From NCBI GenBank assembly GCA_965217115.1, contig OZ244239.1, positions 1,568,001 through 1,632,000 of the forward strand: a stretch of 64,000 nt of DNA. The letters run 5' to 3'. Shown in pieces: positions 18,616 through 27,884 of the stretch. The notes under the pieces were generated by a model, which was not told where the DNA came from, ran no database searches, and was given only the letters and a program-made list of their open reading frames with translations. Both the position numbers and the translations under genes were made by a program. Within the stretch, counting starts at the first letter, position 1. Each line of letters starts with the position of its first letter. Source of the stretch: Bdellovibrionales bacterium (GTDB taxonomy: Bacteria > Bdellovibrionota > Bdellovibrionia > Bdellovibrionales > CAYMLA01).

Positions 18616-19647
18616 ATGAAATCATTTTATATATTGTTAATTTTATTATTGAGCACAAGCGCTAACGCACTGAAATCAAAATCGAGAGGTAATTCATTTA
18701 ATCCAGATATTGGAGTCAACATACTCTTTTTAAACCAAAATTCAGATCGAGACAGTGATGGGGATGGGATGGATTTGCAAGAAACTGAACTTCAATTTAG
18801 CTCCGACGTGGACACATATTTTACTGCGACAGCTCTTTTGGCTGTCGCTAAAGAAGATGGCGCCTATGGGATAGAGCCAGAAGAGGTCTATGCCGAAACA
18901 GTTGCACTTCCTTACGTAACACTGAGAGTTGGAAAATCAAAGATGCCATTAGGTAAACATAATCAACTTCACACTCATGCCTACCCATTTATTAACGCCC
19001 CCCTGATGAATGAAACAATTTTAGGTGATGAGGGATTAAATGAAACCGGGATTGGGGCAAGTGCATTGCTTCCATTACCATGGTTTAGTGAGCTGAACCT
19101 GAATTATACACAAGGCGAAAGCGAGGACTTATTTAATAGTGACAGCGATGATAACAAAGCAATTGTTGCGAGATTTAAAAATCTTTGGGACTTATCCGAT
19201 GCCACAACTCTCGAACTAGGTTTTTCAGGTGCAGAAGGAGAGAATGCAGACGATCAAGAGACCACTCTTTACGGAGCAGACCTAACTCTTAAGTGGAGAC
19301 CAACAGATGGCGGAAAGTATCGCTCTTTTGAGTGGACCAGTGAATTTCTACAGAAAGATAGAAAGGGCGCTGCTGATGGCAAATTATCAGGAGTTGTCAG
19401 TCATTTAAAATATCAGATGGCTCAAAGATGGTATGCTCAATATCGTTACGATTACCTCGGCCTGAATGACCCAGAAAACATAGCTCCAAGTAAAAGGCAC
19501 ACGGGACTGATTGCCTTTCTTCCATCTGAGTTTAGTAGCGTAAGACTACAATATGAAACGATTGATGATGGACAGGCTGAAGATGAAAAACGCCTTAGTC
19601 TACAATTAAATATAAGTATTGGTGCTCACCCTGCACACACATATTAA
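18616..19647 (+). CDS. Outer-membrane beta-barrel associated with metal uptake
   Basis: Signal peptide, FNPDIG start, NQLHTHAYPF, C-terminal IGAHPAHTY; upstream of a metal SBP. Confidence 0.7.
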   Translation: MKSFYILLILLLSTSANALKSKSRGNSFNPDIGVNILFLNQNSDRDSDGDGMDLQETELQFSSDVDTYFTATALLAVAKEDGAYGIEPEEVYAETVALPYVTLRVGKSKMPLGKHNQLHTHAYPFINAPLMNETILGDEGLNETGIGASALLPLPWFSELNLNYTQGESEDLFNSDSDDNKAIVARFKNLWDLSDATTLELGFSGAEGENADDQETTLYGADLTLKWRPTDGGKYRSFEWTSEFLQKDRKGAADGKLSGVVSHLKYQMAQRWYAQYRYDYLGLNDPENIAPSKRHTGLIAFLPSEFSSVRLQYETIDDGQAEDEKRLSLQLNISIGAHPAHTY

Positions 19648-19658
19648 AGGGGGGGGCA

Positions 19659-20558
19659 ATGAAAAGACACATTGAGATACCAATTATTATACTTATTTGC
19701 TTATTGCCCTTTACTGGGCATGCAAAGCTGAAAATTTTAACGACAACGAAAAATCTTGAGAATTTAGTTGAGATGGTTGCAGGCAATAAAGTCGAAGTGG
19801 AGTCCTTTTCTAAAGGGACGCAAGACCCTCACTATATAGAAGCAAAACCCTCATACATGCTAAAGGCATCCAGGGCTGATTTACTAGTCTCAATTGGTTT
19901 GGAGTTAGAAGTTGGCTGGCTTCCTCTTATCTTAAGAGGGGCCCGAAATCCTAAATTAAGAGAAGGCGGGGAGGGAAGCTTTATTGCTGGTGACTTTATC
20001 GAAACACTAGAGAAGCCAACCGCTGCCATATCAAGGGCCGACGGAGATGTTCATCCAGAAGGAAACCCACATTTTTTACTCGATCCTTTTAATGCTCTAA
20101 AAATTGCTGAAAAGTTAAAAGAAAAACTCAAAAAGCTTGATCCCAAGAATTCCAGTGAATATGAGAGCAATTTTAGAAAGTTCTCAAGTACTTTGACCTT
20201 AAAAGTAAAGCAGTGGAAAAAAAGAGTAAAAATTGGAACAAAGGTGATCACCTACCATAAGACATTGACTTATTTCTACAATCGCTTTGGTATTAAAAAT
20301 GTGTCACTGCTTGAGCCCAAACCCGGAGTTCCACCATCAGCAGGACACATCCTAGGGGTGATGAAAAAGGCGAGAAGTGAGGGAGTTAAACTAGCTATTG
20401 TTGAAAATTACTTTGATCCAGCCGTTGCCAACAGAGTTTCAAAAGATGTTAGTGGACTAAAGGTTCATCTCGTACCTGTTTCAGTTTCTGGCGAGTCCAA
20501 AATTTTAAATTTGTTTGATCTATATGAGAGGTTAGTGTCCTCCGTTGAGGAAAAGTAG
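19659..20558 (+). CDS. Metal (Zn/Mn-type) ABC transporter substrate-binding protein
   Basis: QDPHY, GLELE.GWL, HPEGNPHFLLDP, TYH, EPKPGVPPS. Confidence 0.9.
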   Translation: MKRHIEIPIIILICLLPFTGHAKLKILTTTKNLENLVEMVAGNKVEVESFSKGTQDPHYIEAKPSYMLKASRADLLVSIGLELEVGWLPLILRGARNPKLREGGEGSFIAGDFIETLEKPTAAISRADGDVHPEGNPHFLLDPFNALKIAEKLKEKLKKLDPKNSSEYESNFRKFSSTLTLKVKQWKKRVKIGTKVITYHKTLTYFYNRFGIKNVSLLEPKPGVPPSAGHILGVMKKARSEGVKLAIVENYFDPAVANRVSKDVSGLKVHLVPVSVSGESKILNLFDLYERLVSSVEEK

Positions 20559-20560
20559 AC

Positions 20561-21358
20561 ATGGAAGTATTGACGTTCTTTCTCCCTCCTTTTTTTATGT
20601 GTCTTATTTTAGTGGGTATCCATTGTTATATGGGACTACATGTATTGAAAAGAGGAGTTATATTTGTTGATCTAAGCTTGGCACAAGTGGCAGGGCTTGG
20701 ATCGACCGTGGCACTTCTTTTTGAAATTGAACATCATTCAACAGGTAGTTACTTTATTTCTTTAGGACATACATTTGCAGTTGCGGCTCTATTTTCATGG
20801 GCCAGAAGGGTTGAGAGTAAAATTTCTCAAGAAATATTAATTGGTATCGTTTATGCGCTGGCCTCAGCACTTGTGATCTTAGTTGTTAATAACCTCTCTC
20901 ACGGTGCTGAGCATATTAAAGAAATATTAGTTGGAAGAATTCTATGGGTGTCGTGGAATGATGTGATAAAAATTGGGGTCATATATTCTATTGTCGCAGG
21001 AGTTCATTATTATTTTAGGAAACAAATCATTGCAGTGAGCTTTGGAGGCAACGTTTCCAATAGAGCATTCTGGGATTTTATTTTCTTTGCTCTTTTTGGA
21101 ATAGTCATAACTTCCTCCGTAGGTGTTGCTGGAATATTGTTAGTTTTTTCATTTTTAATAGTTCCAGCATTAATAAGCACATTTTTTAGAAAAGGAATAA
21201 AAGCTCAACTTGTATTTGGCTGGGCTTTTGGCTTTTTCATTTGTATCCTCGGTATGATCCTTAGCTACAAATTGGATTTGCCAGCAGGAGCTATCCTCGT
21301 TGTTTGTTTTACGACTGTTCCAATCTTAATGCTTCCCTTCTTGAACAGAATTAAATGA
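20561..21358 (+). CDS. Metal ABC transporter permease (ZnuB/MntB type)
   Basis: Multiple TM helices; GLHVLKRGVIFVDLSLAQ, GILLVFSFLIVPA, LDLPAGA. Confidence 0.9.
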   Translation: MEVLTFFLPPFFMCLILVGIHCYMGLHVLKRGVIFVDLSLAQVAGLGSTVALLFEIEHHSTGSYFISLGHTFAVAALFSWARRVESKISQEILIGIVYALASALVILVVNNLSHGAEHIKEILVGRILWVSWNDVIKIGVIYSIVAGVHYYFRKQIIAVSFGGNVSNRAFWDFIFFALFGIVITSSVGVAGILLVFSFLIVPALISTFFRKGIKAQLVFGWAFGFFICILGMILSYKLDLPAGAILVVCFTTVPILMLPFLNRIK

Positions 21359-21451
21359 TCCAAGACCACTTAGATTTAGCTCCCTAGCATAGATTGTCAG
21401 TTTGGAGTTTTAAAAGGGTTCTTTGTGATAAATAGTGGCGCTGTTCCCAAG

Positions 21452-21636
21452 AGATCCATTGACTCATTGATTGAATAGGGCATTTTTTTCTAGAGTATCT
21501 CCCAAAAGAATCCAGTTCTTTTCGGCGAGTTTGGCTTGGCGACTTCCATTGCATTTTTCTGCAATGGAAGGTGACAAACGAATGTTTGAGCAAGAAAAGG
21601 GCTGGATTCTTTTGGGAGAGACTCTAGAAAAAAAAC
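21452..21636. mobile_element. MITE-like palindromic element, copy 1
   Basis: ~40-bp terminal inverted repeats (tttttttctagagt.tctcccaaaagaatccag..cttttc) and inner hairpin cttccattgca/tgcaatggaag; near-identical copy at 60873-61056. Confidence 0.7.
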
Positions 21637-21951
21637 GGATCATCAGAAAAAAACTCACTCCACTATTGTTTGTCATAAAGAATCTAAAATTAACCCCCTA
21701 TAATCGTGCTGTTAGAACGTCTTGCGTCAAATGAGCAAATACGGCTGAGATCGAATTTACTCACCATAGAGCCGTTTATTATAAGGGGAAATCTTAAGTG
21801 TCATTAGGGAATCTAATCTTCCCCCTAGGACTTAGGGCTGGTTAAAAAAAAGTGCAAAATATTATTTACCCCTGTCCTTATTTTTTGTGATTGAATTATT
21901 TCAATAGAGAGATTTAGGAATAATCTATTTTAAATACCAACGGAGGGTAGA

Positions 21952-23562
21952 ATGAGTTTTAAATTATCAGTATTAATCATGTTCCTGCTAAATAGTTCAT
22001 TAACTTGGGCAACGATATTGCCGCCCAATGATTTGCACTTGCAAGATAATCTATTCACAGAAGAGTCAAATATAACGGAGGAGATGTTCAATCAGATTAT
22101 TACCCAAGCTGAGGATATCTATGCTCCGATCATTGAGAGCCACGGCGCGACTTTAAAATTCAACCGTCTTTGGGAGAATTCAACAGTTAATGCCAGTGCC
22201 AGCCAGGCTAATGGTACATGGATCGTTAATATGTACGGTGGTTTTGCTCGACGTCCAGAAGTCACTCCAGATGGTTTTGCTCTGGTTGTTTGTCATGAAC
22301 TGGGTCATCACTTAGGGGGGTATCCATTCTACCAGAGAGGCTCTGGTAATTGGGCCGCCAATGAGGGACAGTCTGATTACTTTGCCACGCAGTCCTGTGC
22401 CCATAAGCTTTGGAGCGGTGAGGAAGATAAAAACCGTCTCTCCCGTGAAACGGTTGACCCAGCAGCCAAAGAGGGTTGTGACTCTGCTTGGAGCACTGAA
22501 AAAGCTCAGAACCTCTGTTATCGAACGGCGATGGGTGGTCACTCGTTAGCGACTTTGTTAGGTTCTTTAAGAAACACAACGGTGGATTTTGCCACTCCCA
22601 GTGAAGCGGAAGTTCTCAAGACAAGTGATTCACATCCTCAAGCACAATGTCGCTTGGATACCTATTTCCATGGAGCACTTTGTAGTGTTGACTTTGATTC
22701 AAATATTATCCCAGGTCGTAGACACAGTGATGGTCAACGATCAGAAGCGGCCGAAGGAGTTGCTGTTGAGAATTCCTGTGCAAGGGAGGTGTTTTTTCCT
22801 GCAGGTAACCGTCCTCTGTGTTGGTATAAACCTTTACGGTCAGTTCAGATGAATTTAACGGATGCTATTTGGGAGCAAATATCTGGTAATGGTGATGATG
22901 CGCTTCAACCTGGTGAGACGTTTGGTGTGAAATCCTCACTGGTTAATGGAACGGGACGGTCATTTGAAGATGCTAAAGTTCAGCTGGAAACAGGAAATGA
23001 TTCTGTGATCATTGAAAAAGGAACCGTTCAGTTTCCCGATTCTCTTCCTGGCACGACAGTGGAGCAAGAGGAACCTTTTGTGATTAAAATAAGAGAGAAC
23101 GCTGCTTGTGGACAATTTATTGATCTGGACTTGAGTATGATTATCTCAGGAGCCGTCGCTCATAAACAGAGCACACGTAAGAGATTAGGCCAAGTTGTAG
23201 GATCTGTTCCCTATAAAGAAGTAACAAGTGTTTCCATTCCTGATAATAACTCAACTGGGATTTCACAGCTGATTTCTGTTGCTGGGTCGACAGGGGTTGT
23301 CTCTGTTAAATTTAAGGCGAATATAACTCATCCCTACTCTGGTGATTTAATCATTCGGTTGATTTCTCCAGATGGAAGAGAAATGTTTCTTCGTGAGAAG
23401 CAGGGTGGAAGTGAGGACAATGTTATTCTAGACGAAGAGTTGGCCATAGATGCTGGGGATATCCAAGGAGATTGGACATTAAAAATAAGAGATGCTGGTC
23501 CTCGTGATATCGGAACTCTCGATAGCTGGTCTCTTGAGTTCACCAAAGTTAGCTGCGAATAA
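21952..23562 (+). CDS. Secreted zinc metalloprotease with Ig-like and proprotein-convertase P-domain
   Basis: CHELGHH, EGQSDY; C-terminal IPDNN...ITHPYSGDL.I.L.SPDG...GDWTLKIRD...GTLDSWSL. Confidence 0.85.
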   Translation: MSFKLSVLIMFLLNSSLTWATILPPNDLHLQDNLFTEESNITEEMFNQIITQAEDIYAPIIESHGATLKFNRLWENSTVNASASQANGTWIVNMYGGFARRPEVTPDGFALVVCHELGHHLGGYPFYQRGSGNWAANEGQSDYFATQSCAHKLWSGEEDKNRLSRETVDPAAKEGCDSAWSTEKAQNLCYRTAMGGHSLATLLGSLRNTTVDFATPSEAEVLKTSDSHPQAQCRLDTYFHGALCSVDFDSNIIPGRRHSDGQRSEAAEGVAVENSCAREVFFPAGNRPLCWYKPLRSVQMNLTDAIWEQISGNGDDALQPGETFGVKSSLVNGTGRSFEDAKVQLETGNDSVIIEKGTVQFPDSLPGTTVEQEEPFVIKIRENAACGQFIDLDLSMIISGAVAHKQSTRKRLGQVVGSVPYKEVTSVSIPDNNSTGISQLISVAGSTGVVSVKFKANITHPYSGDLIIRLISPDGREMFLREKQGGSEDNVILDEELAIDAGDIQGDWTLKIRDAGPRDIGTLDSWSLEFTKVSCE

Positions 23563-23611
23563 AAACAGCTCCATAGTATAGAGAGAAATATTTTACTATT
23601 AATAAGAAGAG

Positions 23612-23635
23612 AGGGGAGAGAACTCCCCTTTTTTT
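23612..23635 (+). terminator. Intrinsic terminator
   Basis: aggggag-agaa-ctcccct followed by T-tract. Confidence 0.8.
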
Positions 23636-23644
23636 ATTTTAATG

Positions 23645-23716
23645 ACTGCCCTGCTGGGTCTGAAATCGCCTATAATCGCTCAGGAATTCAAAACGAATCG
23701 AATAAATAAACCATTA
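23645..23716 (+). repeat. Repeat family A, 3' part
   Basis: gctgggtctgaaatcgcctataatcgctcaggaattcaaaacgaatcgaataaataaaccatt. Confidence 0.85.
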
Positions 23717-23799
23717 AGTTTAATCGTTTTGATTTTAGACAGTTGAAGTTAATTCCCATCAGTCACTTACAAAATACATGGGTCCAAATAACTTAAGTC

Positions 23800-23925
23800 A
23801 GGTTGTAAGTTTTTCCAGTTTGCTTTTAAAAGGGGAGTCTTCTGAGCTTTAAAGAAAAAGACCACTTGTGGGAGAGTGGCCTTGTCAAAATCTCCTAGCT
23901 TTGTCGGCTGGGGATCAATTATTTA
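23800..23925 (-). repeat. Repeat family A, 5' and middle part
   Basis: Reverse complement gatccccagccgacaaagctaggagattttgacaaggccactctcccacaagtggtcttttc...ttttaaaagcaaac. Confidence 0.75.
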
Positions 23926-23947
23926 GTTAGTGACAGAAATTAACCAA

Positions 23948-24325
23948 TTAAGACTGATGTTTTAATTTGCAAAAAAATAGATTCTCATTTTTGCTGTATT
24001 CGAATGTCCTGATATTATTTAATTTGTGTCCACCTATTGCTTTCTCTAGTGCAACTTTAACAGTAACATAAAAACGACACGCTTTATATTCTCCTTCAGT
24101 GACATCAGGCTGTAAGGTCATTGAAAGAACCTTAACATCCCCTTCTGTTATAGCCTGATGAGTTAGCAATATAGATCGTAGGTTATCAGACTGAGCAAGG
24201 ACCTTAGCAAAGTCTTCTTTTGCAATAGAAGTTGAAGCAGGGTTCTTTATTTTTTTATTTTTTACTGTACTTGAAAATGATGTCAAAAAGAAAAAAAATG
24301 CTAAAAAAAAGGGTAAAAACCTCAT
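23948..24325 (-). CDS. Secreted hypothetical protein
   Basis: GGAGG RBS; hydrophobic N-terminus. Confidence 0.7.
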   Translation of the reverse strand: MRFLPFFLAFFFFLTSFSSTVKNKKIKNPASTSIAKEDFAKVLAQSDNLRSILLTHQAITEGDVKVLSMTLQPDVTEGEYKACRFYVTVKVALEKAIGGHKLNNIRTFEYSKNENLFFCKLKHQS

Positions 24326-24486
24326 TTAACAGCCTCCATAGTTGTTTTGCTGTATTTCTATCGGAGAGTTAACTTCTATTAATGAGTAAACAATAAAACC
24401 CTGGCTTAATGTCTAGGGTATGTGTAAGCACCAATTTGCTCTTAAAAGGGGTGTCTTCTGAGCTTTTTATAGAGGTTAGGTGGATT

Positions 24487-25629
24487 TTAGAGTGATTCCA
24501 CAGGCTCTGTCAGAAGACTGTAAATATCTAAATAACCAGATGCCGTGTATTTCTCTAATTTCCCACTGCGGACAGCTGTTTTCATCAGGTGTTTTCGCAC
24601 TTGATGGGGAGTTAAATCAGGATACTTAAGAAAGAGGAGGGCTGCTGCTGCAGACACTAAAGGAGTTGAATAAGAGGTTCCAGAAGCCACAGTGTAAGTT
24701 CCCTCTTGAGACCTAATCATAATAGGTACCCCCTCTCTCCACCGTCCCGAACTTTTCAGAGAACAAGCCAAACTCAAGATATCTTTGCCTGGAGCAAGAA
24801 TGTCCACTGTCTTCTTTCCATAATGACTAAAAGAAGCCAAATCTCCATATTTATCAATCGCTCCAACAGAGACAATATTGTCCAGATCAAAGTTTGCTGG
24901 GTATATCATAAACTCATCATTGTTGTGATTCGTCTCCGAAGAAAGACTATTGCCAGCCGCAGTGACAACAAGGACTCCTGCTTCTCCAGCCTCTTTAATT
25001 GCTTTCTTAAGATAGGGAAAAAATACAGGTCCTCCCGAAGAGAGGTTTATAACCTTAGCCCCCATTTTCACAGCATATTTAATAGCAGGGACCAGATTTT
25101 TTTCATAATTGTCCATTGTAAAAAGCACATTTCCCACTTTAAGGGGCATGACTTTTATCTTACCTGCACCAACTCCATCAATTCCCAAATCATTGTGGGA
25201 GGCCGCAATTAAGCCAGTAACAATAGTTCCATGGGTGAGATGTTCGCCGAAGAGCCTAGAAAAAGTTCCATCCATAGGGTCTGCATCTTGAAAAGCAAAG
25301 TCGTAACCACGAATATCATCAACAAAACCATTGCCATCGTCATCGATACCTTCAACTCCATCCCTCTCTACCTCATTAATCCACATATTATCCCTTAAAT
25401 CCTCGTGGAGATAATCAGCCCCCGTATCTAAAACAGCAACAATCACCTCTCCTGGCAGGCGCTCCAATAATCCCTCTTCCCAAACTCGAGTAATATTAAT
25501 ATCAGGCCCTTCAGAGTTCTTCACAGCCCACTGTACAAAATTTTCAGGTTTTACCAGAATTGTATATCCAAAAACAGAAGATAGCCCTATTTGGAAGGTG
25601 ATAATAATTAATAGCCACAGTTTCATCAT
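24487..25629 (-). CDS. Subtilisin-like S8 serine peptidase
   Basis: Triad motifs VAVLDTG, THGTIVTG, SGTSYSTP; oxyanion AAGN; DDDGNGFVDD Ca loop. Confidence 0.92.
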   Translation of the reverse strand: MMKLWLLIIITFQIGLSSVFGYTILVKPENFVQWAVKNSEGPDINITRVWEEGLLERLPGEVIVAVLDTGADYLHEDLRDNMWINEVERDGVEGIDDDGNGFVDDIRGYDFAFQDADPMDGTFSRLFGEHLTHGTIVTGLIAASHNDLGIDGVGAGKIKVMPLKVGNVLFTMDNYEKNLVPAIKYAVKMGAKVINLSSGGPVFFPYLKKAIKEAGEAGVLVVTAAGNSLSSETNHNNDEFMIYPANFDLDNIVSVGAIDKYGDLASFSHYGKKTVDILAPGKDILSLACSLKSSGRWREGVPIMIRSQEGTYTVASGTSYSTPLVSAAAALLFLKYPDLTPHQVRKHLMKTAVRSGKLEKYTASGYLDIYSLLTEPVESL

Positions 25630-25820
25630 TAGGTCCCCACATGATTAAATGTTAAAATTCTCAATTCGTTCTCAATTCCCAACCGGGTTATAACCAATGC
25701 CAGACACTCTGGGGAGAAGATTCAGTCCACAATGTAATATTTTTTCAATTATTAGCTATTTATAAGAAAAATTAATCACAAATATTAGTTTAGGCTAGAA
25801 TCAAAACCTGTTACCTGGCA

Positions 25821-25893
25821 GTACCTCGTCATTCTCTCCTGCCTCTCCTGCCTCTCCTGGCCCTCCTGGCTGGGGATGAGTCATTTACCTAGA
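25821..25893 (-). repeat. Repeat family A 5' module with internal 9-bp expansion
   Basis: Reverse complement ctaggtaaatgactcatccccagccaggagggccaggagaggcaggagaggcaggagagaatgacgaggtactg. Confidence 0.65.
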
Positions 25894-26276
25894 GGAAGAA
25901 GTACTCAGAGGGTTTTGCCACACTTTTAGGACTTCTATACTTCTATCCTCCAACGGAGACAAAGAATGGGTCTTATTATTATTCAGGATGACTTCTTTCA
26001 AGCGATAGGATGATCTGAATTATTTTCAATATATAAAGAATCTAGCTGAGGCAGTCCTTTTAAGTCCGTCAAGTTATTGTCTGGCAGTTTTAATGAAACA
26101 AGTTGTGTCTTCTCCGGTAATCCAGGTACAGACCCCAAAGGATCAATTGGCTCTGTCAGAATGGATTTAAACGGGTCTTTTGTTGAGTCTTTTTTAAAGA
26201 AAAGGTTATTTTCACCGATAAATTTAGAGAACACTATTTTTGCAAAAGATTCTTTTGTCTTATTGGGAGATAGCTC
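25885..26276 (-). pseudogene. Leucine-rich-repeat protein remnant
   Basis: LVSLKLPDNNLTDLKGLPQLDSLYIENN, then after a frameshift LKEVILNNNKTHSLSPLEDRSIEVLKVWQNPL. Confidence 0.6.
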
Positions 26277-27002
26277 ATGAGATGTCATTTTTTATTATTT
26301 GTGATCATTTTTTATCATTTTCTATCATTATTTATCTTTGAAGTTAGCTTTGCTCTTGTCTGTGATTCTTCGCTACCTGAAATTGAAAGGTTAGCAAAGA
26401 ATGTAGAAAATATTTTGTCAGATCCAAATATCCAAAGAATTAATGGTTGTAGTCCAATTGAGCGTAGCGTTTATAACAAGAGTTTATCTCATATTACTTC
26501 CCGAGCAAAAAACATTTTATCTGAAGTAGAAAAAGTTTTAAATTCTACAAACGAGAAGAGTAGATTATATAGTAAAATGCAGAGCATTAAGGAAGTTTTA
26601 GAGTGTATTCCACAAAAAGTTCCAAAAATTAAAATGCATTGTAATAAGGGATGTGAGAATGGTGCCAACATGTATATAAATGAAAGAAGAACAGTTTTTG
26701 TTGGTTTCACTGTGTTTAAAGATGTTTCCGACGATTTATTTATGTGTACAGATACAATAAATCGTCTTAAGGATATCAAAAAGCTTAATCTGGAGTCATC
26801 AATATTCCATGAAATTTCTCACATGTGTGGAACAGTTGATCTTGCCTATGTGAGGGGGGTCGATACCTCAGATTCTTCTAAATGGAAGTTATCCTCAAGA
26901 TCACGAGTATTTGAGTGGCACAGAAATGCATCTCATTACCAATATTGGTATCTTTTTGGATTCTGCACTCCATATAAAGATTGTAAAGCAATAAACTTCT
27001 AG
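26277..27002 (+). CDS. Secreted aspzincin (M35-like) metallo-endopeptidase
   Basis: HEISH followed by GTVDLAY and NASHY; signal peptide. Confidence 0.7.
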   Translation: MRCHFLLFVIIFYHFLSLFIFEVSFALVCDSSLPEIERLAKNVENILSDPNIQRINGCSPIERSVYNKSLSHITSRAKNILSEVEKVLNSTNEKSRLYSKMQSIKEVLECIPQKVPKIKMHCNKGCENGANMYINERRTVFVGFTVFKDVSDDLFMCTDTINRLKDIKKLNLESSIFHEISHMCGTVDLAYVRGVDTSDSSKWKLSSRSRVFEWHRNASHYQYWYLFGFCTPYKDCKAINF

Positions 27003-27095
27003 ACTCCTGGATTTGCTTTTAAGAGTGATGTTTCTTGAATTAAAAAAAACCTCGGCAGTGGCTTCGTCAGAAATTCCTAGCTTTGTCGGTTGATT
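27000..27095 (-). repeat. Repeat family A fragment
   Basis: Reverse complement caaccgacaaagctaggaatttctgacgaagccactgccgaggttttttttaattcaagaaacatcactcttaaaagcaaatc. Confidence 0.7.
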
Positions 27096-27116
27096 GAGAT
27101 GTACAAAAGTGACAAA

Positions 27117-27146
27117 AACAAAAGGGCCCCTAGAGGCCCTTTTGTT
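27117..27146. terminator. Bidirectional intrinsic terminator
   Basis: aacaaaagggcc-cctaga-ggcccttttgtt. Confidence 0.75.
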
Positions 27147-27183
27147 CAACAAAAATCTATCGTAGAATTGACTCTACAAAATC

Positions 27184-27660
27184 TTATTTTTGAGCTTCTT
27201 CACAAAGTTTCTGGTCTGCAAAAATCGAAAGGAACAGAGAAGTGCCAAAGATCAAAAATCCTGATCCAAAAGAAATACCAAACTTCCATACATTAGCAAG
27301 ATTAGCTATTCCAGAAACAATCACAGCAGTTCCCGTCGGTTGAGCACACGCGAAGTCAGCTGTCCAGCTTGGCCAGTTTAAATCAAAATCATTTTCTTCC
27401 ATCATTCTATCTTGGTAATCAGAAAACTCTGCGGATGTCATTCCGTTAAGATGAGAGAATTCTTCAGCGACCAATCCAGCATTCTTTGAGTCGTTAGTAG
27501 CTTCAAAATGCTTTTTTAATTCTAAAAGAGTAAAGAGAACCTCTCCCTTTGAGGGTTTAGTATATTGGTAATAGTCATCACCTGCACCATCTGCATACGG
27601 GTTATCTGAATGAGCCTGAAGTCCTAATAAAAAAATACCTACTAATATGATCGTTTTCAT
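27184..27660 (-). CDS. Secreted/membrane hypothetical protein
   Basis: AGGAG RBS; signal peptide; hydrophobic Gly-rich C-terminus. Confidence 0.7.
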   Translation of the reverse strand: MKTIILVGIFLLGLQAHSDNPYADGAGDDYYQYTKPSKGEVLFTLLELKKHFEATNDSKNAGLVAEEFSHLNGMTSAEFSDYQDRMMEENDFDLNWPSWTADFACAQPTGTAVIVSGIANLANVWKFGISFGSGFLIFGTSLFLSIFADQKLCEEAQK

Positions 27661-27884
27661 GCGTGTCTCCTTGTTCTATTGTTTGATTGTAAGCTTTACC
27701 TATAAAAGTTGTTGATGAGCACATCATTATAGCTCAATGCGTTATCAGAAAGCAATAGATCTTCTTTCTTTGGAAATATTTACAAATTCCACCGTCAATG
27801 AATAAAGAAAAGAGGCTACAAGGAAGAGTTCCTCTGTTATTGACTCGATTTGTACAGAGAAAAACCTACAATACGAGATGATTC

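Noticed and set aside
21384..21734. ORFs 21384..21593, 21464..21676, 21471..21734 and their twins at 60742-61176
   Set aside because: They are translations of the palindromic MITE-like element; their similarity reflects the DNA repeat
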